NCBI GenBank assembly: GCA_973895155.1
Contig: OZ316894.1
Location: forward strand, 3,026,031 to 3,090,030
Direction of reading: 5' to 3'
Source of the DNA: Marsupella aquatica
Taxonomy: Eukaryota; Plantae; Marchantiophyta
DNA length: 64,000 bases
The position numbers and the translations under genes were made by a program. The notes under the pieces are model-generated. The model worked only from the letters and a program-made list of their open reading frames with translations, ran no database searches and was not told where the DNA came from. This document shows positions 13,796 to 26,544 of the stretch, piece after piece (within the stretch, counting starts at the first letter, position 1; the number at the start of each line of letters is the position of its first letter).

Positions 13796-16289
13796 TGTTG
13801 CATCTCGTGTCTTAACTGCTGCTATACCTATTTATTATTGCATTACTCAATGCTGATACAACAAAAAATGCTTAATCATTGGTATTTGCAACCTTGACGC
13901 AGTTACTTTGAGTTGCTCCATGCTCACAAAGGAGCAAATGCAAAACTTCACGAGACAAGAATTACAGGATCTGCAGGATATAGTGGGCAACCCCTACAAC
14001 TAGTCTATGGCTGAAGCAATTATCTGCTGATGTCAAACACACTCTGTAAATTTGCTTGTTCTCCATGGAACAAGGTGATCTTGTTACTTTCCTAGGAGGA
14101 GGTCTTGCGAATTTTTGCACATTAATTTTTTCTCCTATTTTTGAGAGCGTAACTCAACTATAACTTTGCTCTTCATCGCCCAACTTTGCTATACAATTTT
14201 TGTTTTGGATAAATATCCAGATTACCCATTTCTTAAATAAATATACATGTGATGCCAAAAATAATATTCCAAAAAAAGATTCTTTACTATTTTGATTCAT
14301 CTTTGCGGCTTCATTTTAGACAATAGTCCCTATTTTTCTTTGTCTTTTGTCTATATTACTCTCTCCTCCAATTATGCTCTTAGAATCATAGTCTATCCCC
14401 ATCTTTATCTGTGTATGCATTCTCAATTTCAGTTATTATGTTCTTAGAGTCACCGTTTAGAGGTTTCACTCTAGACATTGGGTCCAAGTGGTAGCTTTTG
14501 ATTGCGATCATATAACTGGTAGTTTGATTACCTATTCCTTTGAATATAAATGGGGATGAGGAGAGGAAACAAATTTGAAGCCCCATGGACCACAATGTTG
14601 GTCTTTAAAACCCCCATTGATCACATTTCCTATTATTTGATTTTAGTTGTAATAACTTGATATTAATAAATTCAAATATTTTGGAAAGTGAGGCCCGGAT
14701 GGACCTCCATGTTGGATCACATTTTGAGGTTTCAATCACAAAATGCAATGTATACATTCCATTGGATTAATTTGCATTGCGTTAGCATGAAATATTTGGG
14801 CTTGTGCTTTTTTATGTCTCCTCCTTCTCTAATGGTCTTGCAGGTGCAAAGCTAAACATTATTTTAGCACTCCTAGTCATTCACTTATGGACCAAAAATC
14901 CCCATCATCTAGAGTAGTGATTGAACACCCTACTAGCCCTGAATGTATATATCAGATGCAAAAGATTTTTAGATGCACGCCGAGTTGTGAGTAAAATGTT
15001 CCATTCAGTTAAAAAGCCCTCTACAAATTCCCTGTTTAGGAAGATCTACAAAGATCAAAATTGGCAAGCTCTCTCCCACAAGCCTAGTTTCATGTTAGAT
15101 ATAATCCCTATTCCTGTGCTATGGAAACAAAATTCTCGGGATGCAAAAATCCAAATTGCTATAAAGTCCAGTATTTGCTTGTACTTGAAAGAGTAAATGA
15201 ATCAAACTTAGAGTCCACTTGAGATCCAATAATAACCTGGAAGCCCAAAGTATACAATAAAGCTAGCAGAGTATCTAAATTTTGCTATACTGCTATATGG
15301 TGATTCCGCCTTTCAAATTTTGTGTTATTCCAAATTCTTGTGTCAGGTATTTTTATTCAATGTGCCTTATCAAGGGGCATCCTTAGTATCATATAGATTT
15401 TAAATTTATTTTTGGACCCTTTTAATTTTTGGTATTTTAGAAAATTTTGAACTCTTTTGGCAGCCCTCTTGATTGTTATTATCTTGAACAAAGTTTCCAA
15501 TACTTCTCCTCGGGGGTCTCACTATATGGAGGCCTCCCCATCACTTGCGACCTTTTTTGGCCTTGGACCCCCTAAAATGCTATTTTTCAACCCCTATAAA
15601 GTTAAAATATTTCAAAATTTTGGTTAAAATGACCCTAATGTTCTTATAAGTTTCAAAAATGATTTCAAAAACCCTATTGTTCTTTTGATAAAATTCTTAA
15701 ATCTTCACTATGAATCAATAAAATGACATTATTTTTTGTTGCACTTGATGTGCTAATTTTGTGGAAGTGAAACCCAAACTGAAACCCTCGAGGACTTCTT
15801 ATGAATAAGAGAAATGACTTTACACGACTTGAACTTATCTTGTCTTAAACCACCACTGTCCATATAAAAATAGAAGTATTCAAGACTTCTCAGTTTTTCA
15901 TGTTCCTCTGCTCTAGTGTGATACAGTTACACTCCAGAATTTTAGGAAAAATGTATTTAAAATAGTAAAACCCGGTGGATCCTTTTTTCTCTCCTCTAGT
16001 GGGATACTTAGCTCCACAATTTCAGGAAATATGTATTAAAAATGGTGAAACCTGGTGGATCCAAGGTTTGACATAGACAATGGCGCTTTAAGCTTCTAGG
16101 TCCTTCATGACAGAGCTATCAACTTTCAATATCATTGTGCCAAGTTCAATTGACTAAAACAGACTTTTGAAATATTAGTGTAGCTTTGTGACAAGGTGAG
16201 TCAATGTAATGTTATCAAAGATCCTTGCTAGAAATTCCTCCCATATCATGACATGTGTCTCGATTCTACTATAATTAATTGCAATTTTG

Positions 16290-17589
16290 TATTTACGACC
16301 CCATGAGAGGTCCCTTCCAAAATTCCTGGCACCAGAGCATGCCATGTCAACAACAACCGCAACAAACAAGACTCATCAGGTTTATGAATCAATTTACAGT
16401 TTTCATTTGTGTTTGCGTCAATTTGGGTGTAAATTTTGGGACGTTATGCCGTAAAAAGAAATGTAAAAATTTAGAAATGCAAAGAGCAAGACCGGTAAAA
16501 TTGTCACTATGTAACCGTTTTAGTTACGTATCCAATTTTAAAAATTAAATTCAAAGATTTAAAAAGTATTTTTCAAATAATAAACAATGACTAATAACTA
16601 ACTTGATAACTTCCTTGTTAAAGGGTAATTGGCACATGGAGTAAGATTTTTAGCCTTTTGCAATTCAGGCAAACTGCCACCTATGGTTGGAACCTGAACT
16701 CAATGAATTGATTCAATTCATTTGATCAGACATTGATCTGGTTTCAAATGGACTTGCCACGGATTGACTATTGATTCTTGTAGCTTGAGAATTTGGTTGC
16801 ATGTAGCGAAAAAACCTGATTTTGACAACTACTTGTGATAACCATGCTGTCGACTGTGGCCTGCAAAGCAAAGTATTCATGTGGCAGTTTAATAAATGTC
16901 AACTTCTCAGGCATGGCTGAATGGGTCCACAATTGATTTCGTGAGAAAATCTAACTTAATCTAAACAATACAAGTTGTAAAATCTAACCTATTTGTCCAA
17001 CACAACATGACTACCAGCTTCTCTTCTTAATCAGACTTCTCTCATTTGAAAGCTTAAAGCTGCCCTTCTCTATTTGGTGAATAGTTGCGTCAAGGTCATG
17101 AGGCTATTAACCTCTAATTCAAAACTTGCCAAATTTAGACTTCAGTGAAGTCTCCAGAATTTCCAATAATTTGAAAGTACATAGACAAATCAGGTGACAA
17201 ATATTCTACAAAGAGGACTCAATTACTAGAAAGCTTAGGGTTCCTTGCTTAGAAAAGCAAATTTCTCAATTGATCGGAGAAAGTAGTCAAGATTCTCAAC
17301 TCAAATTGAGTGCCTAGGGCAATTTAGTGGTACTCATGATTCTCAACTCAAATTGAGTGCCTAGGGCAATTTAGTGGTTAAATATAGTGTCACCCAATGC
17401 CCAAATCAACTAACGTACACAAAATTATGCCTTGGTTTTATTAATTAATGTTCTAAAATTAGTGAAATATCTCATAGACCTTAAGTGTTTTAATGTGTGC
17501 TAGCAGAGCATTATGGACCATATTAGCCTCTCAAAACGCAAGCTCAAACAAGGCCTAAAATTTGTAGGGAGGGGGTCCACGAACTAATT
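16290..17589 (+). mobile_element. non-autonomous dispersed element (~1.3 kb), copy 1; probable DNA transposon with short imperfect TIRs
   Basis: Aligns end to end, inverted, with 56242-57487. The ends tatttacg(g)accccatg ... ggggtccac(g/t)aacta share an inverted GGACCCC(ATG) core. This copy carries a private ~48 bp duplication at ~17290-17378. Confidence 0.75.
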
Positions 17590-17775
17590 AAGTGAAGAAA
17601 GAAAAGTGACAACAACTAATGATCTACAAAGGTCTATTGGAGTAGAGACAGGTGGATAATAGTTGTCGGTCTATTAGTTTGCAATTTTGTGTTTAAGTGA
17701 AGAAAGAAAAGTGACAACAACTGATGATCTACAGAGGTCTATTGGAGCAGAAACGGGTGGATAATCGTTGTCGGT
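17589..17775. repeat. ~105 bp tandem duplication
   Basis: 'taagtgaagaaagaaaagtgacaacaact.atgatctaca.aggtctattggag...ggtggataat.gttgtcggt' occurs twice. Confidence 0.9.
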
Positions 17776-18230
17776 TGAGCAAACTTGCACTTGGATTGCC
17801 TTGTAACATTCTATTCTAATGATATATAAAGTGAGAAGTTGAATTTCTGACAAGCCATCAAAGATACGCGTGGTCGTTTATTGATACGAAACAAATGATT
17901 TTTTAGAATAGTAATCACTCAAATATTTAAGCCACAATTGAGAAACGTGGAGCTGTGAAGTTATAAAAACCTAAATGTCAATCGGTGGAGTTGGGGTTAG
18001 AAGGTCAAATTTCGGTGAAGTTGGAACTAGAACATCGAATATCGAAACAATGCTTTAGTTCAACAGGGTCACCAATCCAACTGCAGTCCAATCACGTCAT
18101 GTGGAAGGTGTCCATGAAATTCTAGCAATATCATAGACATGAATGGGAAGCCCGCTCATGGAAGGGCGTTTTTGTTATGCCAGAAGCACAATTCTATCCA
18201 CCAGCTCCAAGAGAGTGATTTCATACTACA

Positions 18231-18441
18231 CCATGAAAGACATTGATGCGTACTGAAGCAAACGAGAGCACAGCCCAAAGGCTCATCAAAGAGACGAGCT
18301 GACCCCATGTTTTCAAGTTTCTATGCGAAAGACAATTGACTGGTAGATGACTTAATTCCAGTGAGGATTCTCGTACAAAACGATCGCTAAGGTGGTTTTC
18401 CATATACTTCGGCCGATCTTCCACGAAAAATCACTAGCTGC
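18231..18441 (-). pseudogene. relic of thaumatin-like gene exon 1 (signal peptide) and promoter
   Basis: 'acattgatgcgtactgaagcaaacgagagcacagcccaaaggctcatca' matches 50629-50677 'acattgatggatactgaagcaaacgtgagcacagccaaaaggctcatca'. Similarity continues upstream (ttccacgaa..agctgc). The ATG is out of frame with LMSLWAVLSFASV. Confidence 0.75.
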
Positions 18442-18489
18442 TACCTGCGCGCGACCTCAAATCCCTCAATTCATGCGAACTTCCTCCTC

Positions 18490-18957
18490 TCAGAAGTCAT
18501 AGCATCGGCCCCCCTTCTCCCAGTCTCCATAGCGCGTGGGCTCAGGACCTTTGGGACCTCCAATTTCTCCCGTCTGTTCATTGATATCCAGTTCGTCCCC
18601 GTTGTCTCCTTCTTCACCTTTGATGCCTTTCTCCGGCACACTGGCATCCTCTCCCTCCTGCTGCTGCGGGTCAGGACAGGGAGCAGGTGTTCGTTTCCCC
18701 TTGACGTCCGCTTTCCCTATTTCATCGACGGCGATGCTTGTGGAAGTGGCAAGTGCCCTCGAGAATGGGAGAGCATCCCGCGAATTGCAAAAGGGTTTAA
18801 GGTTCTCGTAAGATGACCCGGATTGAGGAAAGGAATGAGTGGGCAGAGCAGAGGAATTTAAACTGGGAACATCGGAGATTGAGCGAGGCCTTCTCAGAGT
18901 TGAGAGAACTATGCGAGAGATGGATCTTGCCTGGACGCCTGTACTTGTCGCTGCCAT
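18490..18957 (-). CDS. SDHAF4: succinate dehydrogenase assembly factor 4, mitochondrial (DUF1674)
   Basis: Single exon from the ATG at 18957. Ser/Arg-rich transit-peptide-like N-terminus; C-terminus [31 protein letters not shown] is the SDHAF4/Sdh8 signature. Confidence 0.95.
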   Translation of the reverse strand: MAATSTGVQARSISRIVLSTLRRPRSISDVPSLNSSALPTHSFPQSGSSYENLKPFCNSRDALPFSRALATSTSIAVDEIGKADVKGKRTPAPCPDPQQQEGEDASVPEKGIKGEEGDNGDELDINEQTGEIGGPKGPEPTRYGDWEKGGRCYDF

Positions 18958-19929
18958 CGCTGCTTCGCCCTCAAGAATCTCCTCCGCTCGCAAACCTAAT
19001 TCCCGAAATCAATTCAAATCGAAATACTTTGGCAATTTCCCACCGGGAACTGTACTGAACCCTAAATTAAGAATTTACGAGCGAGTACCCCGCATCGACA
19101 TTGACTTTCTCCCCCACCCCGACGAAAGGAAATTTCTCCCCTCCACCTGCTGTTTTCCTATAAAGGAAATCTACACGATTCTTTTCTAGAAACATACGAT
19201 TTGCGCGTTCTGTGGGAAGAATGCCTCTGAGTTCAATCTCACCTCGTCTAGCGAGCAAATGAATCTGTCACGTATCTGAAGAAGGCTTTCACATTCAACT
19301 GCTTTCAGTCACACCTGCCCCGCACCAATCCATGGAGCAAATAACCCGAAATCACATCGAATTCATGCGGTCCTCCACATGTCTCAGTTCCATGGATCGA
19401 CGTGGTTTTTCCAAAAAGGGGTGATTGTCGTTCCTCTGAAGGAGTGCAATGTTTTCAGACTGTTGGTCACGCAAAGACCATCTTACAACCCATGACGTTG
19501 AACTGACTGAAATTCGAAAGCGAACTTCAATTCCTTCACATTCGAAATGGAGCTTTGCAGGTTTACTAATTAAACCTTGTTCCCTTCTGCATTCTTTTTC
19601 TGCTTTTGCGTTTTGCCTCAAGTGATTTTATGTACTGAAATTACCAACTTAACTCTTCAACAATTTACCAAAACCACACAGTTAGTTCTGCACATACAAA
19701 AACACCCATCCACAAGTGAAATTATAAGGATCTTTGGGAATTCTTTGAGGTAAGATTTTAAGAGTCCCTTCCAGACCAAAGAGCCATACTATTTGGAATG
19801 TTAACACGAGTTCCTCTATTCAGGAATCTATAATAATGCCTTCCTCTTGATGGCATTGGAGTGGCTAACTAATAGTGGGTATTGATGGCATGATGGCATA
19901 TCTTTTCCTTTGCCCTTTTCCGTGCCTAG

Positions 19930-20400
19930 GAATTTATGAAGAATTAGCCAAATGTCTGTGCGTTGCACAAAAGATGTTGAGGTGAAAAAAGATGTCAAGT
20001 AGAAAAAAAGATGTCGGTGTGACAAAAGTTGTCAATGAGAAAAAAATGTTAAGGTGAAAATAATCTGTTTGTGTGAAAAAAGTTGTCGATGAGAGAAAAA
20101 AGATTTCGAGGCGAAAAAAACATGTTGGTGCAAAAAAAGTTGTTGATGAGAGAAAAAGACGTTGAGGTGAAGAAAAGAAATCAAAGTGAAAAAAGATGTT
20201 GAAGAGAGAAAAGATGACAAGGTGAGAAAAAGATGTAAAGATGTAAAGATGAGGAAAACATGTTAAGAAGAGAAAAAATGTCAAGGGTGAGGGAAAGATA
20301 TCGTGGTCAGGTAACGAACACAAAAGATGTTAAGGTGGAGAAAAGAGTCTAAACTAGAAAAAAATATAGAGGTGAGGCAAAGTTGTCAAGGAAACAAAAA
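19930..20400 (+). repeat. degenerate short-unit array (aaaagatgtt/c...), related to the inverted array at ~53190-53800
   Basis: Repeated 'aaaaagatgt(t/c)'. The entry 'aattt.tgaagaattagc..gcacaaaagatgt' resembles the reverse complement of 53755-53797. Confidence 0.6.
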
Positions 20401-21510
20401 AAATGCAGACAAACTCATTCCCTATTCGTTGCAGAAAAGATGTAGCATAAAAAATGTATTGTTTGATGATGTTTGTCATTGTTGCAAAAATATTATCATT
20501 TTGATTATTATTGTGACCGTGTAATTGTTGAGGATGATGAAAGTGAGAACATGGAGATGCAAAATGGGTGACAATGGCTAGTACATTACGGAGGCATAGC
20601 ATGATCAAACCAAAAAATGATGCAATTTTTATTGAAATTAAAATGATTAATATTTAAATACATAAATTTATATGCATACTTAATTTTATAAAAATGGGGG
20701 CAGTAAAGTACAAAATTATCTCACTTTATCCCCTTCTTTATGTTTCCCAACCTTTTTTCATTCTCCTCTTACTCAATTTTGGTTACTTTTTTCCTTTATG
20801 TGGCCTCTTCCTCAATTTTGGTTTTTTTTCCCCTTTGTCTGGCCTTCCTTTTTTTTTTCCCCTCCATGCCAACTTATCTTTGCCTTCTCTCTCATCTTTG
20901 TTTAATGTTTTATCTTTATATCTTTCGAGAGTAGAATATGGTCATTGCACCCTTGTAGTTCTTATGGGAGAGTAAAAATGACAATCTAATACAATTCATA
21001 ACTGTATTTTCAAGTACAACTGTTCTTGTTCTCACATAGGTTATTGCAATGTCATCATGTGTTATGTGTACCTTGGCCACAGGATTAATAATCAAATGGC
21101 TAAAAAAAATAAAAACCAAACCATCTAACTTTCATTCATGTTCACCCAAAATGCATTTTATAATGAGACAAAAGACTAAAATGAGAGAGATTCAATATTA
21201 TAAATGTAATGCCATACAGAAAAATTACTAGTCAGGGCAGTAGATTATCTAAAAAGAGAGAAATGGTTACACATAGGGATGCTCTATATCCCGCCAAAGA
21301 ATAGCGACCCCTATACCCCATCACAACACAATATCCTGACTGATGAAAATGCTCTAAACATGGGATCTCTGGCAAAATGTACATTATGTTGGAGAACTCT
21401 AACCAGAGCAGCGAACAGTGTAGAAACACAGAAACGAGCTAACTACGCATAGTCCGCCCAGTACACAGATCTCGACTACTGGCCGTCGGATGCCTTAACC
21501 CCGATTGTTG

Positions 21511-21646
21511 AAACCCTAAACTCCTTCGAGAATGAGCTGACGTTAACCCGGGTTAGGTAGCGATCGCTTCGCACTATTCAGGGTTTCTCGGCCTCAATGT
21601 GGCCTTCTCTTTCGATCAGAGTCCTTCGTGTTGCTGCCGCTCTCAG
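21511..21646 (+). promoter_or_regulatory. RPL29 promoter and non-coding first exon
   Basis: Telo-box AAACCCTAAA at 21511-21520, palindrome TAACCCGGGTTA ~21544-21555, pyrimidine tract CCTTCTCTTTC ~21603, donor CAG|GTGAG at 21646/7 and acceptor ..CTCAG(CAG) just before the ATG. This is typical of ribosomal protein genes. Confidence 0.65.
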
Positions 21647-22598
21647 GTGAGAACATTGCCTCCTCATCGCCATCGCCTATTCGTTTCTCTCTGGTGCAAC
21701 GCTTCTGTGGCCTTTAGATTGTTCTCGGCGACGACTTGGAGGTAGGTGTGTCTGTTTTTTGCACGTTTTGGTTCTTCGTGCAGCACGTTTCTGTTGAGTT
21801 TTTGGCCAATTGCTGGGTCTTCTATTGTTTTGCTGCCGTCTCTGAGGAAGGTGTGTAAGGCGTTCCAATGGCTTCTCGTGCATGTGGTGTACCTCCCGTC
21901 TCGTTTCTGTGGTCATGACTGATGATTTGAATTAGGTGTTGTTGCTGCTTGCCGTCGATTTGTGAATGACTCGAACGTTTTCATTGTTTAGATCTCTAAA
22001 AAACTCAATTGTTGGTTGATTAAACTGAAAGCTAAATTGTTCTGTCATGTTTCCGGAGTAATTCTCAGTTGGGGTTTTTGGCCCTACTTGTTATTGGGCG
22101 GTTTTCTTGTGCCATCTTGTCCATCTCAGTATCGCAAATTTTGCTTTTCAGCTCGTGTTTGTGTGGATGTCATTATTCTTTCGTAGGGTTGAGTTTCTCT
22201 GGTGGTGGTAGTTCCTTTTGATTTGGCCCTTTGCCACCTTAATAGTCAGTCCACTTCTGTGCTTGTTTTGTGGGCATTGTCATCTCTTGCTGTCTCATTC
22301 GGTAACGTAGATTTTGTTTTCTAGTTGTTATTTGTGCTGCAACGGTTGCTGTTGACCTCTCGTAGTTGTCAGCGTGGCATTGGGAGGTTCAAGTAATGTA
22401 TTTAGGGTCTTTTCGGTGTAGTCGATGGATTTGAGGAAAGCAGTTTACGTAGTGACCTGTTTGATCAATTGAGTGAGAATTTGAGGATACAGAACTTGAA
22501 GAATTCTTGTAGCGCGTCGTGGTTGTTCTGTTGACGTTATTCGTTCTAACGGAAGTGTTTGTTTATACCCTTTGCGGGTTTTGTGCTCAGCAGTTACC

Positions 22599-22967
22599 AT
22601 GGCAAAGTCAAAGAATCACACGGCTCACAATCAGTCCTACAAGGCCCATAGAAATGGGATCAAGAAGCCGAAGAAGACCAAGTATACGTCCAGGAAAGGA
22701 GTAAGTTTCTGCAGTCGCACAGCTGTTGTGGAGGTTTACTCCCTATTTTAGTTCGATTTTTTCGTTGTTTTTCCGTTCGCTCAGGTCTTTATCACGTCCG
22801 TGAGCGTCCTCAGTTCAGATTGTGTTGAAGTTTATCGACGAAGATGTACGTATACCCACCACGTGCTTAACTTGCTTGTGCAGATGGACCCTAAGTTCCT
22901 AAGGAATCAAAGGTACGCCAAGAAGCACAACAGAGTAGCTGGAGCCGAGGATACTGCGGAAGAGTAA
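22599..22967 (+). CDS. RPL29: 60S ribosomal protein L29 (eL29)
   Basis: Exon 22599-22700 [38 protein letters not shown] intron, exon 22884-22967 [27 protein letters not shown]. Missed by the ORF track. Confidence 0.97.
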
Positions 22968-24099
22968 ATGAGTTTTGAACAGTATAAAAGAAAGTCAGGC
23001 TAAGAGACAATGCAGTTGCGTTTTAGTGCTTGGCATACTTTGAAATGGAGTTCCCAAAGGATGCGTAATTGGTCAGTATGGAGGTTTTTCATGTCAAGGA
23101 TTCGTTGAGCTCTCTCTGCTGAATATTTTTGACCTGCACTTCATTGTGCGCTGTTTCCGGTGGATTCTTGACAATAACGGAGCAGGTTGTATCCCCAAAT
23201 GCCTACAGGAATGAATGAGATCCGTCCATGATCTGGGTTCCATTTCAGCTAGAGATCAGATATTTGAAGATTGTATGCCTGTCTGGTTCATGTGAATGCT
23301 TTTCCCCAAGTATTTATGTTTTCCGTTCCTTGCTGCTTTGCTGATTAGCACAGGCAGCTGTTCCAGGCTGATGTCCTTTCCATATTACAAACCTATGTAA
23401 TTTCTACTTTCTACTTTCTACATTGCTACCACTAAACACTAGAGCAAATTAATCTACAGAATTGATTTCTGCTCCCAAATACAATGTAGAGTCATTAAAA
23501 CTGTCTTCGTCCATTTTACCATTTCCGAGGATGATTCTTCAGATTGAGCTCACTAGAAATAATCCTGCCCTCTCCAATCACCCCTTTCCTGTAACAATGC
23601 GTCTGCCTGCCAACTGCTAATGAATTGGTTTTCGTCGTTCTCTCTATGTAGTTACCACCAGCTCTTCTAAATTCGATTTTCACTTTGAAGTCTCCTAGGG
23701 TCCTCCGTAACTACTTCTACTGTACTTCTGTACAAGAGAGCCACTTTTAGAGACCAGGAACTGGAAGCCAACGTCGGTGTAATCATTTGTGTAATAGAGT
23801 AATAATGAGTTTGAAATGCTAACGCATCTGTAAAGGACTGAATTACCGTTTAGGAACCCTAAACTAATCGCAGCGTAATGCGCATCCTATGCTTCAGAAA
23901 CTGTATATACTAGCAAGATGAGATTATCCGGGCTCTACTGCGCTATGCTATTTGTGGGTGTTTTGTCTTGTTTTCTCGCCTTTATTGGGTCTCCTCTCTC
24001 CTTGGAATCCTGTATTTGGCACGGGACATCAGCCCACAGATCAACTATGATGAAAGGTTAGAGGTGAGGGTTTAGGGTCAACTTTTACTTTTCCTTGTT

Positions 24100-24900
24100 G
24101 AAGTACAAAAGCAACACAATTGCTGGATGAATCATGTGAATAATGATACTGCTAATCTATGGTGTGGTAATGAATAACACTCCATGGGGAATTGAGGCCG
24201 AAACTGTTGGTTACAGGGGGTACTCCCCTGGCCACTAAAGCTCATCCAATAGTCCTACCCTGAGAGGGCTATTCAGAAGAGTTTTGCATGGAGGGCGACA
24301 AATCCAGCTGTTTGTTTTGGGGGAATTATAGCCACCAACAACCATTCAAATGAGGTGGGCAACACTAGGCAAAGGAATAGTGGATTGGCTTGGGTCAGTT
24401 CACCAAAACCTAGCGGTTGCCCTTGATCACTTTGCCTATGTAGCCACCAAGTGGTCGTCGTTGCTTGTCACCTGGAGCTTAGGATAAATTGAAGCCATTG
24501 CCAAGTTATTTCTCCAGCAGCACATCATTTGCCTGCATCTTGATGGTTGCAGTGCCTGCTGCTGGAATTACTCTAGACAAATCCTATGCATATGGATAAG
24601 TACACATACAATAAAGTAAATGTTGCTGTCAGAGGAAGTGCACTCATCAGGTAAGGCAAACCACATGTAAGTGCAAGTCCTGGGCTTCTTCACTGGAGTT
24701 TGTACTTGAGAGAGAGGCGACTGAACACGAGCATCCACCCCAGGGGACTCACATCTGGTAATTGTGGAGAAGACCTAGACGTCACCAAAGACCACCTTGA
24801 GGCTTAAGGTAGACTGTACACATGTACCTGACTACGAAACCTCTCACAATCATCTGATTCTGGCTCGAATATTGACACTACTCATCGTGTGTGACATTCT
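24100..24900 (-). mobile_element. possible LINE ORF2 relic
   Basis: Minus strand reads LPTSFEWFGGYNSPKQTAGFVALHAKLF*IALSG*DYW, loosely like the LINE post-RT 'GGLG..AL.AK' region. Very decayed. Confidence 0.25.
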
Positions 24901-25009
24901 CTCTCTCAGGAAGACAGCCACACCACCACTGGGTCTTCTTCAATGAGAGAACTCCTCACCCCCAACACCACTAGCATAGCTGTTGTCGTGGCCACTAGAG
25001 ACACAGTAA

Positions 25010-25900
25010 AGGGGAGAAAACAAGGAAAAACCCCTAGAAACCAAAGAGCCAGAAAGCCCAAGAGTTGGGAGACAAGATTTCAAAGGTAGGAGGCGCAATA
25101 AAGAGTAGAAAACAAGGAAAAACACCAAGAAACCAAAGAGACAAATTAAGGGGAGTAAAAAAAGTGACAAAACCAAATAGAGCAAATAAGAGAAGCCAGA
25201 GTCCCACACAATGACAAGAGAGTGTGCCAACAAAGGGAAACCCCCAGGAAAACCAACGAACCAAAAACCCGTCCCACATAATGGCCAACCAAAGTGTCAA
25301 CAAGGAGAAAACCCCAAGAAGACCAAAGAACCCAAAGGCCCAAGAGCTTAGGGTTTAAGAGTGACAACTAGGGAAGGACCCCAAGAAGACCAAAATAACC
25401 AAAACGCCCAACAGTCCTGCACAATGGCTAACCAGAGTGACAACAAGTGAAAAACCTCAAGAAGACCAAAGAACCAAAAGCCCAAAAAGTCTCACAAATG
25501 GCTGACCAGAGTGACAACAAGGGGAAAAACCCGAAAGACCAAAGAAACAAAAAGGCAAGGGTCCCACACAAATGCCTACCAGAGTGACAACCAGGGAAAA
25601 ACCCTAAGAAAGACCCAAGGACCAAAAAGGACAAGAGCCCCACATAATGGCCTACTAAAGTGACAACAAGTGAAAAACCCCAAGACTGACCAAAGAACCA
25701 AAAAAGCCCAAGAGTCCCAACAGCTCAAAGAAGGCGAAGAAAGACCAAAGAACTCAAAAGCCCAGGAGTCCTAACAGCTCGAAGAAGGCGAAGAAAGACC
25801 AAAGAACCCTAAAGCCCACGAGTCCCCAACAACTCAAAGAAGGAAAGGAAAGCCCAAAGAACCCGAAAAGCCCTAGTTTGAGTCCCAACAGCTCAAAGAC
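25010..25900. repeat. purine-rich degenerate minisatellite (~75 bp units, then ~55 bp units)
   Basis: Recurrent 'gagtgacaac..aaaacc..aagaagaccaaagaaccaaaagccc' and 'gagtcc..acagctc.aagaaggcgaagaaagaccaaagaac'. Confidence 0.8.
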
Positions 25901-26544
25901 CGAATGTGCACTTACAGAGAGTTTACTGTATCAACAGTAAGAGCAGCACCCATTGTCGAGTCCTATGAAAAGCCCGAACATTTTGGTGGAGTAGATTTCC
26001 ATTCTTAAAGCGCGAGCATCTCAGCATCTCTTCGCGCGCGCGAGAAAAAGAGAGATGGCGTGAGAATGAGGTCTCGTACACTGCTCCTGTGATACGTTTG
26101 CTTCTGTTCTGCCCTGCGAGACGAGACCCGGTCTTTGGGCGCAATTCGGAGTTTACAGGAAGTCGGTGATCGTGTGATGATTTTGATGTGGGCAGAGTTC
26201 GTTCAGCCCCGATATGAAGAATTATCCTCCCCCCTGTGAAGATTCCAGTGCCGGTGCTGCGCTCTTTCTGTCGAGTCAGAGCTCTAGGCTTTGCGTCGGT
26301 GATCGCACAGAGGACGGGAAGAGAAGTGTCTTGTATTCCGATGATGTTCATCGAGTCTTGTCGTCAGTCTGAACGTGGGAGAGGATCAGATTGCGCTTGT
26401 GTTGGGCTATGAGTGAGATAGAGCATGGTGGAGAGGCCAATCGAACGGGTATGAGGTTGGGAAGTCGGTTTTAGGGTGCGGGCACCGGGTGAACGGTTCT
26501 GTCGTCGAAGAGGGCGCAGGCGGGCGGAGAAATTGAGAGAAAGG

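Noticed and set aside
19828-20975. Phe-rich membrane-protein-like ORFs (also at 24940-25643 and 53128-53818)
   Set aside because: They are translations of low-complexity or degenerate repeats.
21918-22030. box C/D snoRNA in the RPL29 leader intron (TGATGA...CTGA)
   Set aside because: No terminal stem and no convincing rRNA antisense element of 10 nt or more that I could recognise.
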